This document shows positions 9,621-21,917 of a stretch of DNA of 64,000 bases, one piece after another. Location of the stretch: positions 9,949,144-10,013,143 of the forward strand of contig JARFYF010000071.1 in assembly GCA_030265395.1 (NCBI GenBank), in the 5' to 3' direction. This DNA comes from Rhina ancylostomus (lineage: Eukaryota). Within the stretch, counting starts at the first letter, position 1, and the number at the start of each line of letters is the position of its first letter. Under the pieces are notes generated by a model that ran no database searches, was not told the origin of the DNA, and saw only the letters and a program-made list of their open reading frames with translations. The translations under genes and the position numbers were made by a program.

Positions 9621-12533
9621 TCAAGGAATCGGATTTGTATTTAATTTACACAGCTGCCTATTCAATGTAAACAGATATTTCACTCCATTCTTCAGCTCCT
9701 CCCTGAATTTCCATTGCGTCAGTCCATAGATACACGTGTTGGTGCATGTACTTAGAATCTCCAACATAAACCCAAACTGTTGAAGGACATATCGCGGTGT
9801 GCTGTAATATCTGACTGTGTAAGAATAGTTTTCAGCTTGCCAGTTCATAGTGTGCACAACACTGGGCATCCACAGTAAAATGAAATTGGCTGATAGAGCG
9901 ACAAACAAAATCATTGACTTTCTCCGGTTCTCCATCTCAGGATCATTCTGATTCTCACTGCTGTTCCGAAGTCCCCGACGTACTTTATTTACTGCTATAA
10001 TATGTCAAACTGTTAATGTATTGAACAGCAGAATTAAACAGAATGGGAGTACTGGAGTTGCGATAACGTCAAACAAATGGAAGGCTTTCCAGACCGGTGA
10101 TGTAAAGTACTCAGCTCTGGTGACACAGCCCAAAGGATCCACTGCAAAGGAAAATGAAATAGCTTTGGCACAGCTCGCTGAACTCACTGTTACTATCAAC
10201 ACAGTCGCCGTTTTCTCTGTGCAATATCGTTTCCGCAGCATTTGGCAGCAGATGGCGAAGTAGCGATCGAAAGTGAATGTAACCGCTAACTAAACGGAAC
10301 AGTCCGCGGATGTGACCCATAGAATAAGTACCACAGAGCATACCGGAGCTACGGAGAAGACATTGGTGTACAAATATGTATAGTTAATCTGCCCTAGTAT
10401 TACAGCGACGACAACTACCATCAGATCTGCTGCCGACATGGCCACCAGGTAGCGAGTGATACACTTGGTGAGACCACATTTTCCGCCGGACAGGATCACA
10501 ATCGCCGTAAGATTAACTGAAAGTAATGATAAGACTCAGAGTTATTTTCCAACGGCCCCGAGTTGATCAGTGCGGCTTTATTTGCATCATAGCAACAATA
10601 CTTCGGATCTCTGTGTGGAGTCACCTCCTGGGAATCAGTCCACCTACCCTGACCGAAATGGGATGCTATTGGAGGTCAGACACTCACACCACTCGCGATG
10701 TACAGCTGACGCCTCGCCAGTTTCAAGCCCTGAAGTCAACAGACGGGATGGAAAACTGGTGAGCGAGTTTTCCTTAAGAGCAGGGCTCCCAAGGTGATTC
10801 TGCTCAGCAGTGAACACAGGACAGGATACCTTGTATATGGCCTCCAAGGTTACTGCATTCAACGCGGTCTCTGTTGTTTTCATGGCGTCGGTGAATCGCG
10901 TGGAACGGTACATGCAGTGCAGTTGTTTGTTTTAATATTACATTTCTTGACATAATTGTGTTGTTTCAAATAAACTGGCCTTCAGTTGGGTGCCTTTCAA
11001 ATGAATATATTTACTAATTGCATCCATAAAAACCTTTAATATATCGCATCTAATGGAGAGGAATGTTTGGAGACGAAGAAAGAAAGACAGCCATGTGACC
11101 TCAAGAGATATCAATATTCTCTCCAGGAATCCGCGGGCAGGGAGGCACATCATCCCGCTTAAAGTCAGCTGTCACCCTTGGTCGTACTTCCTCGTGAAAC
11201 GGAGATATCAGCGAGGCGTCCCGAAAGTAGGGAGTTGTAGAGTGGAAGGTCAATCGAATGCGCGAGTACCGCGCGGGACGTGGAAATCAAAGGTTGTCCT
11301 GAGAAGCGTAATCAATGGAACAATTATGGGAATTGACTTGTTCATGGAAAATCTGTGAGGATTTGAAATAAATGCCCATCCACAGAGGTCCACATAATCG
11401 TTAATCATTTCGTGAGCTGGCAAAAGACGCAGACGATGAACTGGGTGGTCAATATAATGAAACACAAATTATACGCCTCCTCCGTTCAGCGGAAGGAGTT
11501 GAACGTCGGGTTGAATAAAGACAAAGAGTCAGCAGAGCGGAAAGGGCTGCTGACGCGACTTATGGGACGACACTTCTTTGGAGAAACACAGATAAGTAAT
11601 TGGCAGACACAATGACTCTTTTTTGAAGAGCAAATCAGGGAGTTCTCAAGCAAACAGTTACGGTTCGATGATGGACCACTGTATGACACGTTCCAAGGAA
11701 ATAGAGGTACTTCGGAATGACAGTAACATTAGTACGTAGTTGGACAGTAATTTCGAAGGGCGATGATATGGTATTGTCATTTATTTCTTCACTGACGGAC
11801 AAGGCGCGTTTGGTGTATTCTGCCGGCCAACAGAGAATGGGTCATTACCTATTCCCTCACACTGAAACGACACAGACTTGCGTCGAGAGGGTACAATTAG
11901 AGTTCCCTCCGGTTTGGATGACAAGGGAGGAAGAATTTCATTTCCATGCAGAAACAGGAAAGCTGTTTGTAGTTTTGGGCTGAAGCGAGCGGTGACAGGA
12001 ATTCTCCCTGTATTCAGCCGTTCCTTCGGCCAATCTTCACGTTCTTGTGTATAGAGTTGCGCGGGGTTGCCCGAGGCCAGAGCAGACGCTGCAGCAACGA
12101 ATCTCAACTGGCAAATAACCCACGTCTCCGTGCCGGTGCATTTTAACTGCTGTTGAGGGGACGTTTGGATTGCTGCGGAACCTTATCGTCAATGCGATTT
12201 GCATGCATAATTGATAATATTGTTGCTCGTAGGCGTTAATAGAAAAATAAATTTCTATTATATGTTTAAATTTCTCACGCAAAAAATATGTAAATGTAAG
12301 AAAAATATCACTGACATTCCCAGACAACAGTACGCCTTTAAAGCAGCATAAATTGAATTTTAAAGCGAAATGATGTAATGGGCTGACCATTTGGATAATA
12401 AGACACGGTTAATTTACGATGCCGCAAAGGTAATACAAAGACAGAGCTGTGCTGATAGCTTACCGGGAACAACAACCGCAGCAAGCACAGGATAGTAAAT
12501 TCTGACAATGTGAAAAATTGCTGGATATCCTAT
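9621..12533 (-). pseudogene. GPR139-like GPCR pseudogene, copy 3 (exon 1 12533-12464, exon 2 10516-9621)
   Basis: Exon 1 starts ATA (ATG lost) then GYPAIFHIVRIYYPVLAAVVVP+G with a GTAAG donor. The CAG acceptor is intact. Exon 2 stays in one frame with two stops (TAG 10292-10290, TGA 10007-10005) and has GKCGLTKCITRYLVAMSAADL, TFDRY and STCTNTCIY. Confidence 0.9.
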
Positions 12534-12849
12534 TTTCCACCGAAAGCAGTAAACCTTTGTACAAAACGCTCCAACTGTTCACATTAACTGATTCAACGAT
12601 GTCTTATACACAAGGCGGTATGGATATCTAGCCAATTAGCGGCTTCCAAAGTCGCATTAGCCATTAGCCACTGAACAAATACTTTGGTTGAACTATTTTT
12701 ACTCATTGTGTCATTGTGCAATATATTTAACTCTTCGAATGATATGAGACGTAATTTACTTTAATTTTGCTTGGATATATTTAGTGACAAACGTTGCAAG
12801 TTTTACTTTGTGCCATCAAGTTTGAGCTGCTGAATCAATTCACACCGTA

Positions 12850-13366
12850 TGTAGTAACGCTGAAGATGAGGAAAGGATGGCTTCCACAACAGGAGAACCA
12901 CCCTGAACACACCTCAAAATCCACAGTGGACTACCTCGACAGGCGCAAGCTGAAGGTTTTGTCATGGGCTTCACAGTCCGCCGACCTAAACATCATCGAA
13001 CATCTGTGGAGAGACCATGCAAGACGGCCCAATAATCTCACAGAACTAGAAGCCTTTTGCAAATATGAATGGGCGAAAATCCCCCCAAAGAATTGAAAGA
13101 CCCTTAGCTGGCTACAGAAAGAGTTTACAAGCTGTGATACTTGCCAAAGGGGGTGCCCAAACTTTTGCCGCGGGCGCTTTTACTGTTTGGTTATTTTGAA
13201 ACTGTAAAATATGGAAATAAAACAATGTAACCTTGCTTGAAATATTAAAGAAATGTGTCATCTTTAATTTTAGGCTTTTGAAAATCGGGTCATTTTTTAC
13301 TTGCTTAGCTGTTCACTGTACCAGAAATTTTGACCAGGGGAGCCCAAATATTTGTATGCCACTGTA
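12850..13366 (+). mobile_element. Tc1/mariner remnant: transposase C-terminus plus right terminal inverted repeat of the IR/DR type
   Basis: QQENHPEHTSKST...WASQSADLNIIEHLW matches the Tc1 DD34E motifs QQDNDPKHT and WPSQSPDLNPIEHLW. CCA.GGGG.GCCCAAA..TTTG occurs twice (~13144 and ~13334), and the element ends CACTG|TA. Confidence 0.85.
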
Positions 13367-14234
13367 TTTAAGATGGTTCCTGAGGAGCACTTGATCCGCC
13401 GGGAGGTCTACGGGCTAAATACTCGCAGAATAATTCCTAAGGATGTGTGTGTCAAGGTCAGCGTGGACCGGGGGGGTGGAAGCACATGTTTCTCTGCTCA
13501 TCGAGTCCACGAATGTCAAGAAGAGTGGCGGATCAACAAAATCATAAACGGACAAAAGTAGAAAACACTGGAAAAATCTCAGCAGCTCAGATAGAATCAG
13601 TGCAAATAGAGTCAGTCAGTGTTTCGGTCTGCTTCGTTGGAACTGCAATTGGTTTCAGGTACCGCTCATCAACTCTGAGGAAGTGGAACAGTGATCATAG
13701 CTGTCCTTTCCAACAAGAGGAAATTGGGCCTTGATGGGAGCCTCACTTCCAGCCGGTCTTTGAACAAAATTCGTGACTAAATCTCTGAAGTGAAGACTCA
13801 TAATGGCAGATCAATCACTACTGTATTAATCTCTCTGTACCCAGTTGTAGCGTCCTTGGCTACTCTCCACATTCTACGTTCCAACTAATCTTTTCTGGTA
13901 TATTCAAATATAGCGATTGCACCTTGTCTCATCACCCAAGTCGGTGACATTAATTGTGAAGCGTTGAAACCACGCGCTAATTCTCTGTGCCGCACCAGTC
14001 GTTACACCTATAAAAGAAACGACCCATGTGTGCTGAGTCTCTGCTTCACGATATTTTCTGTTGAATTTTCATGTGCCTGCTCTATTCACGATAACGTTAC
14101 CTCTTACACCACATGCTTTCACATTCTGCAGTAACTATTGATTTTACACAATGTCAACATCTTGTGGAAATCCAAGTATCAGACATCCCGGATCTTCTTA
14201 ATCTACAGCAGACAGAATACCAACAAAGTGATCA

Positions 14235-14458
14235 TGTAGCGGCGAGCTACGATGAATAAAGACACGAGACGATGGTTGAAGTCAAAGAGTTGAATCAAGG
14301 ACTAGGGCGCGCTGGCGTCACGGGCGGGTCACATAACCTTCTCGCGCGCGGGCTTTCCAGCCCAACGAAGAAGAAGGAGTGCGCACGCCATCTTGGATCG
14401 GGGTCTCCGACGACGCTCGCGAATGGGGGAGCCTGTTCGTTAACGGTAAGTCGCTACA
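14235..14458 (-). mobile_element. 3' LTR of the Gypsy retrotransposon
   Basis: Has 7-bp inverted termini TGTAGCG...CGCTACA and a G-rich polypurine tract immediately 5' on the minus strand (14463-14470). Confidence 0.8.
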
Positions 14459-17200
14459 TAAACCCCCCCCACACACACACACACACAGAACCGGCGATAC
14501 CGTCGCGAAAACCAGAATTAAATACATTATGAGTTGGGTGGCCTGCTCCTACGTCGCGCTGGCTGGACCACGATCGGTTGGTCCAGGTCTAAATGAGCCG
14601 GCTTCAGCCGGTCAATTGTAAAAACCTCCTAGCGTCCCCTAATGTCCAACACAAACGTAGACCCATTGCCCTTGACTACCTGGAATGGTCCTTCGTACCA
14701 CTGCTGCACGGAGTTCTGTGTGCGCCCCTCCTGACAAAGACAAACTTGCAGTCTCGGAAGGATGTCGGCTTCCGTGTCGGGGTTTGTCCGTGCCGCATAG
14801 TGGGAATCGGGGTCAGGTTGTCAAGCCGTTCGCGTAAACGGTGGAATTTCGCAATAGGTTCTTACACTGGCCCCCCCCCAGGGGCTGGTAGGAACTCGCC
14901 CAGGACTACAAGAGCGTTCCATTAACCATTTCTGCGGAAGAGGCATTCAGGTCCTCTTTTGTTGCAGTACGTATCCCTAGCAGGACCCAGGGGAGTTCGT
15001 CCACCCAGTTGGGCCCCGTAAGGCGGGCCCTGAGTGCCGATTTCAGGTGCCGTTGGAACCTCTCTACCAGCCTATTGGATTGCGGATGATAAGCGGTGGT
15101 GAGGTGGATTTATGAACCCCACAAGTCGGCGACCGCAGACACAGGCCGGAGGTGAATTGAGCTCTCCTGTCCGTGGAGACATGGGCCGGGACACCGAAAC
15201 TGGCCACCCAAGTTGACCAAAGGGCCCTTGCGTAGGACTGGGTGGAGGTGTTCGCAAGTGGAATGGCTTCAGGCCAAAGGGTGAAGCGGTCGACAAAGGT
15301 GAGGAGGTACCGCACTCCTCGGGAGACTGGGAGGGGGCCGCCAAGGTCGACATGGATATGGTCGAACCTCCGGCGTGTAGGTGGAATATTCTGCAGGGGG
15401 GCCTTGACATGTTGCTGTACTTTGGAGGTCTGGCAGTGTGCGCAGGATCGGGCCCACTCAGAAACCTGCTTACGCAGGCCGTGCCAGACAAGCTTGTCGG
15501 ACACCATCCGGACAGTAGTCCGGCTGGATGGGTGTGTCAGGCCGTGGATGGAATCAAAAACCCGTCGAAGCCAGGCAGCTGGAACGATAGGGCGGGGTTT
15601 AACGGTGGAGATATCGCAGAGCAGGGTACGTCCCCCGGGATCGACCAGTAGGTCTTGCAGTTGCAGGCGGAGAATGTAGTACGATAGATGTCCGTTCGTT
15701 GTGCCTCCGCCAAAGCGCCAAAATCAACCCCCCGGGACAAGGCTTGGACGGCGGGCCGTAAAAGTGCATCCGCAACCAGATTCTTCTTCCCGGACAGATG
15801 GCGGACGTAGGTGGTGTGTTCCAAAATGTACGACAATTACCGTTGCTGCCGTGCTGACTAGAGATCTGAAACTTTGTGCAAAGCGAAAGTTAACGGCTTG
15901 TAGTCGGTGAAAGCTGTAAACGACCTGCCCTCGAGGAAGTATCGGAAGTGTCTGATGGCCAGGTACAGCGCCAACAGCTCGCGTCGAAGGCACTATATTT
16001 GAGCTCTGGTGGTCGAAGGTGTCTGCTGAAGAACGCCAGCGGCTGCCGACGCCCTTCAATTAGTTGCTCGAGAACGCCTCCGCTCGCTGTGCTGGAGGCA
16101 TCGACCGTGACGGCGGTAGGGACGTCCGTATGAGCATGTACCAACATGACCGCATCTGCTAAGGCCTGCTTGGTTTGGACAAACGCGGTGTGAGCCTCCT
16201 CTGACCAAACAATGTCCTCTATTCCACCTGACAGGAGAGCATACAACGGGCGCATGATGCGGCCTCGGATGGTAGTAACCGGCGATAAATACATTACCAT
16301 ACCGAGAAATTCCTGGAGGCCCTTGACAGATGTGAAGTGGCGGTTGGCATCGACATTTGCAGGCAGGGGGAAGACGCCATGTTTGTCGATCCGATGGATC
16401 AGGAAATAAACTGTCTCGAGCCCGAACTGGCATTTAGCCCGGTTGATGGTGAGACCGAAATCATTCAGGCGAGAACAGAGTTGGCGGAGGTGTGTGAGAT
16501 GTTCCTGGCGACTGCTGGCGATTAAGATGCCATCGAGGTATATGAAGATGAAGTCAAGGTCGCTCCTGACCGTGTCCATCAGTCGTTGGAAGGACTGAGC
16601 AGCGTTCTTGAGGCCAAAGTGCATCCGGAAGAATTCAAAAAGACCAAAAGGTGATAACAGCTCAGTCTTTGGAATGTCGTCCTGATGCACCGGGATCTGG
16701 TGACAGCCGCCGACCCGGTCCACCTTGGAAACAATGGACCGGCCGTGCAGGTTGGCAGCGACGTCCTGAGTGTGCGGCACGGGGTACCGGTCTGGGGCAG
16801 TTACGTCGTTCAGGCGTCTGTAATCGCCGCAGAATCGCTAGCCCCCGTTTGCCTTGGGGACCATGTGTAGCGGAGAGGCCCATCGGCTGTCCGATCTGCG
16901 GATGATCCCCAACTCCTCCATTCCATTGAATTCCTCCTTTGCGAGGCGGAGCCTGTCCGGACATCGCCGTCGGGCGCGAGCGTGGAGGGATTGGTAATGC
17001 GATGCTGTGTTTGGGCATGGTGGTGGAGAACTGCGGCGTGAGCACAGACCGGAACTCTGCCAGGACCATGGCGAACTCGTTGATCGACGTTGTGACCGAG
17101 TCGAGGTGTGGGACCGATAGTCTGGCTTCACCCAACGAGAACATTAGGAAGGTCCTGTCATGTACCGAACGCTTACCCGGCAGGTCAATCAGCAAACTGT
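14459..17200 (-). mobile_element. Ty3/Gypsy pol remnant (RT, RNase H, integrase), 5'-truncated and frameshifted
   Basis: RT: WASPLHMVPK, MHFGLKNAAQSFQRLMD, FIYLDGILIAS. RNase H: VDASSTASGGVLEQ...PLAFFSRHL. Integrase: HGLRKQVSEWARSCAHCQ, HIHVDLGGPLP, STDRRAQFTS. Confidence 0.93.
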
Positions 17201-17759
17201 TGTCTGCTGATCCCAGCAGACGGAACTATCTACGGCAAACAGTAAACTAATATTGTTACATTAATCATGGTATAATTTCAATCTGAAGCTTCTTGCAGTT
17301 TCCCACAGCCTCCATCGCCCTGGCGGGCACGATGTGCAGCTGCATCAGTCTTCTCCGCCAGTGACATGGGCAAATTTCACAACAGTCTACAGTGTGTCTG
17401 CGTCATGTTCCAATATCGTAGCAGGTGGCGTCTCCATAACACTGACGCTGGCTCACTGGATAATAAATAGAGGGAGAACCGTGAACTTATTCACCCACAA
17501 TTAACAGAAAGTCGCTGCATAAAGAACAGGAAGAGTGGCCAGGACTCCACCCATACTGACCCGGTCACCACAAAATGAACAACAACGCGCCATTCCTCAT
17601 ACTGACCAGATCAATATATTACCCTCCCTCAACCGAAGCTCAGATGGTGAGGACTTTGAAATTTATTATCCAGAATACGCAGTGACTGTTCACTCGTCAG
17701 GCATCTTGACCGGACCAGGGAATCACTGCTTCTCACCTGAACTTGAACGGAGAGTTAGC

Positions 17760-18200
17760 AGATGGAATTTAATCCCGACAAGTACAGTACAAGCTTGGAC
17801 ACCAAATGAATGTCAGCGAATAGAGAGACCTGGTGTTGCTAGTCACAGTTCACTGAAAGTGAAAACAGTGGTCCATATCTTGGTGATGAAGGCAAATGGC
17901 ATAGTCGCCTTCATTGGTCGCGACATGGAATACAAGGGTGCGGACGTTGCAGTAATCCAAGCACCACAGGAGAGGAAGGATAGATTCTACCGCAGAGAGT
18001 CGAGAGCAGATTCGCTGGTGTGTAGCCGAAATTGGTGGATTTCAGTTCCTGCGAGAGATTAGATTGGCTGGGTTTGTTTTTATAGCTGTTAGTTAAATGT
18101 ATGACGTCATGGGGACATATACAGGAATGATCGTTCAAACTTTATGCCAACCATAGTGGTACTGAAGCAAGATGGCAGAGGTGAGACGAATGGATTTTAA
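17760..18200 (+). mobile_element. Degenerate CR1 LINE fragment
   Basis: VMKANGIVAFIGRDMEYKG is typical of the CR1 ORF2 C-terminus. Confidence 0.55.
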
Positions 18201-18775
18201 GGGTGATCTAATTAGTGGGATTTTTAAGACAATCGTTTGTTTGATCCCAAATTCATGTCATAAAAGAAACAAATCGACACGGTCCAATCCCTTAATTTCC
18301 AAAATCTCTATCACCACAATCTTAGTCATCCATCTCAGAAATCAGCTTCACAGTAACGTCAGATTAATTGATTGAATATTACAGAATTTCTATCTCCGTC
18401 CACTAATCCATAAAAAAATGAATCATCTGCATACTTAGTTTTGCGGGAACAGAATTCCGAATGAAACGTCCGGAGTGCATCAGCACTGCAGGTAGGTGCC
18501 TGACCCTATTGGTCCATCTGACTGTATATAAATCCACGACATGAGCATCCGTGCTGATTGGTTGCCCCTCCGTGCTGACCCATCCGTCCGGATACAAAGG
18601 GGCTAACTGCTGATGTTTATTCAGCGAGTTTTATTAACATCAGTCAAAGAGGAGTCACCAGGAGTTTCCCAATTCTATGAAAAGGAGTTCATTTTCGACG
18701 AAAAATCACAGACGGGGGGAGAATCCCCTGCGTCACTGATAGAGAGCAACGGCTCCATAGAGGAAGAGGACAATT

Positions 18776-20839
18776 ATGAACAAACTATAAAGTGGGTTGT
18801 TACATTAAGGTTTGAGAATCTGGGAACAGTAGAGTTTGTAGTCACCGATTGGAATCTGGGAACAGTGGAGTGAGGTGTTCCAGGAATATGTCAGAGTCGG
18901 AAAACAGTAAACCCGAATTGTATAGCAATTGGAAACGGCGTATTTCCATCGTACCGGTATATTTATTTTCGAATTATCCTCGGATAGTATTTTAGAGCCT
19001 GATCTCTAATTTACTCCGGAGTATTCGGCACGTGTATTAGCCGATGCTCGCTGTTGCTACTGTTCCAGGTATATCTCTGTCTCAACATCCGACCAACAAA
19101 CAGGTGAGAATCAGTGGTTAAGGGGTCCGGTAAAGATGCCTGACAAGTGGACAATTCATTACGTGTTCCAGTTAATGAAGCGCAAAGCCATCACTAAGTG
19201 AGCTTCGGTCGAGAGAATTCAAATACACAAACCTGTTCTGTGTGCGGAGATCAGAGTCTTGAATGGCGTGTTATTAACCTTCGTTTCTCAAATAATTTTT
19301 AAATATATCCCTGACATGTTCCCAACTACTTTTATTAAATCGATAACTGCTGCTGCCGTGCGTCTGATCATCTGTACCCACCTGTCAGAACTGTCTACGG
19401 CAATCAGTAAGCCAATTTAATTTTTACCAATGATCGCATTTAAATCTTGAGAAAGATCGTTTCCCACCGCATCCATCCACCTCCCAGGAACTCCGTGAGA
19501 CTGAAGCAGACTGTTCCCTCGGGAGTATGCAGTGTGGCTGCAAAACGTTTCTTATCGGAAGCAATTTGCGGCCCGATAAAATGACGCTGAATAACTGGGT
19601 AATAAATGGAGGGTGGAACCCAAAACAACACAAATTCACTGCATGAAGAAAATAAAATGTGACCGCATCTCTGACGTACACTAACGCAACTTCACGAGGT
19701 AATGAAGTGTGAGTTCATTCTCCATGCTGAACTCCCATGGAGCAGAAAATAACAATAAGGACGAGGAACAAAGGCCGAACCCGCACATTGATCAAGTCAA
19801 AGTATGACCATTTCCTCAAACGAAGCTCTGTCATTAAGGAATTTCTGCGTTATTGACTGGGACACTGAATGAATTATTCGCTCATAAGACATCTGTACCC
19901 GAGCCGGCAGCCAGGGCTTCTCACCTGTTTATTGGTACCGAGTGTCCACTTAATAGTTGATTTTACTGAATTGTAATCCAGCGCACAACTCGGCCCCAGG
20001 TGCATTAAATTCGAATTATGAATCAAAGATCTGTCTTGTACTTTTGATTTAGCTCTCAGTGAAACTGCTAAAGTTCTTCCAAGCCCTCTGTCACGTTTCC
20101 TTTTATTTCCTTCCTCACAGTGAACGTGCTGACGATTGTGATCCCGTCCGGGGAAAAGTGCGGTCTCTTCAAAGGTGTCACTCACTACTTGGTGGCCATG
20201 CCATCGGCCGATCTGCTGGTAGTTGTCCTCGACTTGATACTGAAACAGATTCCAGTTTTTCGTCCAGATTTTCGTTTTGTGTTGTCAGTCCCTGTGTGTA
20301 ATATTCACGCTGTCCTACTTTACGCAGCCACCGACTGTTCTGTCTGGTTCACCGTCACTTTCACTACTGATCGGTTTGTGGCTATTTGTTTCCAGAATCT
20401 GAAAACTAAATATTGCACCGAGAGAACGGCGACTGTGGTTCTCGGAACAGTGACTGTGATGAGCTGCTTAAAGAACATTTTCTGGTATTTTCTGCTCTCA
20501 GGATACTACCAGTTAATTAATCTCCCCTGGTTTTGCTATGAAAGACCTGGTATTTTTATGTTAAAGGCTTGGACTGTGGTCGAATTCGTCCATTACCTCC
20601 TCACCCCTGTGATCCCATTTGTCCTCATTCTCCTACTCAGTGCTTTGACCATCAAACGTGTTTTACTAGCGAGCAGAGCCCGCAGGAGACTCCGGAGTCC
20701 CAGCTCTGAGGACAATCCTAGAGACCCTGAGATGGAGACCCGCAGGAAATCCCTCATTTTACTGTTGGTTGTGTCGGGGAATTTAATCCTGTTGTGGGCG
20801 TTGTTTACGGTGCATTCTGTGTGGATCCTGTCCACATAA
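18776..20839 (+). pseudogene. GPR139-like GPCR, copy 4: damaged exon 1 (ends 19068) and open exon 2 (20121-20839) truncated after TM6
   Basis: Exon 1 ends IRHVY*PMLAVATVP+G|GT with TAG at 19038-19040. The acceptor is TTCCTCACAG. Exon 2 is open for 239 codons (EKCGLFKGVTHYLVAMPSADL, TTDRFVAICF, RRKSLILLLVVSGNLILLW) and then stops at a CR1 fragment, with no TM7. The 5' boundary is uncertain. Confidence 0.8.
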
Positions 20840-21200
20840 AAGAATAAAATTATGAGAGGCATCTCATAAGGATAGTCAGTCAGAATCTTATTCCCGCGGT
20901 CGAAATGCAAAATACTAATGGGCACGCATTAAATATGAAAGGGGAAAAGTTCAAAGGAGATGTGCGGGGCGAGTTTTTACGCAGACTGTGGTGGGTGCCT
21001 GGATTGCACTGCCAGGGTTAGTGGTGGAAGCAGATGCGTTATGGCCTTTAAGAAGATTTCAGATAGGCAAACGGATATGCATACAGTCGAGGGATTTGAA
21101 TCCTGTAGAGACATCTGAGATGTAGTTTAATTTCGCATCGTGTTAGGCATGGACATCGTGAGCCCATGAGCTTATTCCACTGACGGACTGTTCTATGTTT
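20840..21200 (+). mobile_element. CR1 LINE 3' end abutting the truncated GPCR
   Basis: TAAAATTATGAGAGGCAT...GGGGAAAAGTTCAAAGGAGATGTGCGGGGC...GTGGTGGAAGCAGAT...CTGTTCTATGTT. Confidence 0.75.
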
Positions 21201-21917
21201 TACATTCCATCAGAAATGCAGCTCTCACTCCTTGCTTACCTCGTCTTTTATCTGTACCAGGGAACATGGAGCGTCCAGTCCTGCCTATCCCACAACCATG
21301 TGTAAGTGTTATGATCTGGCAGGCCTATGTAGGCATTCATGCCCATGTTCAGCTGCTTACCTGTCAGGCCTCTTACATTAAAATAAATGTAGTTCAGCCT
21401 ATCAGGTCTTCCTTACTTCCTGTGCTGTCCTTGTCTATCCTTCCCACTTGCTTTGCTTATTTCAACTTCTCTAGTTGCCTCAACTTTCTCAGCAGACACA
21501 CTCCTGCTTTGAGAACCATTCTCTGCTAATATAGTTTAAACCATCCCCAGTAGCACAAGGCCATCTCCCCAAACGTGCAGAAGCAACCATGGAGGAGAAA
21601 ACGTACGACAGCGAGAGCCGGGAGGGGAGTGGTCATGGTCTAGATCACGTCGATATGAAGAAAGAGAAAGTATTGTGTGTTTTGTAAAACATTAAGATCG
21701 AAAATATCTCAGGTTCTGATGGAATTTATCACAGGACGCCGTGGGAGGCAAGGAAGGTGATTACTCCGGTCATGACAGAAGTCATTCTATACTCATTCAG
21801 GTGCGTAAATTTTACGGGGAAGCTGGTTAGGCTGGTACCTCTGGGGCGTCGGAAGCTGAGAGGTGGCTTTAAGGAGATACGTTTCTCTTTAAGGCCTCCT
21901 TAGAAGGCTCAAGGTAG

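Noticed and set aside
17535-18062. 175-aa ORF
   Set aside because: Its C-terminal half is decayed CR1 and it starts at GTG.
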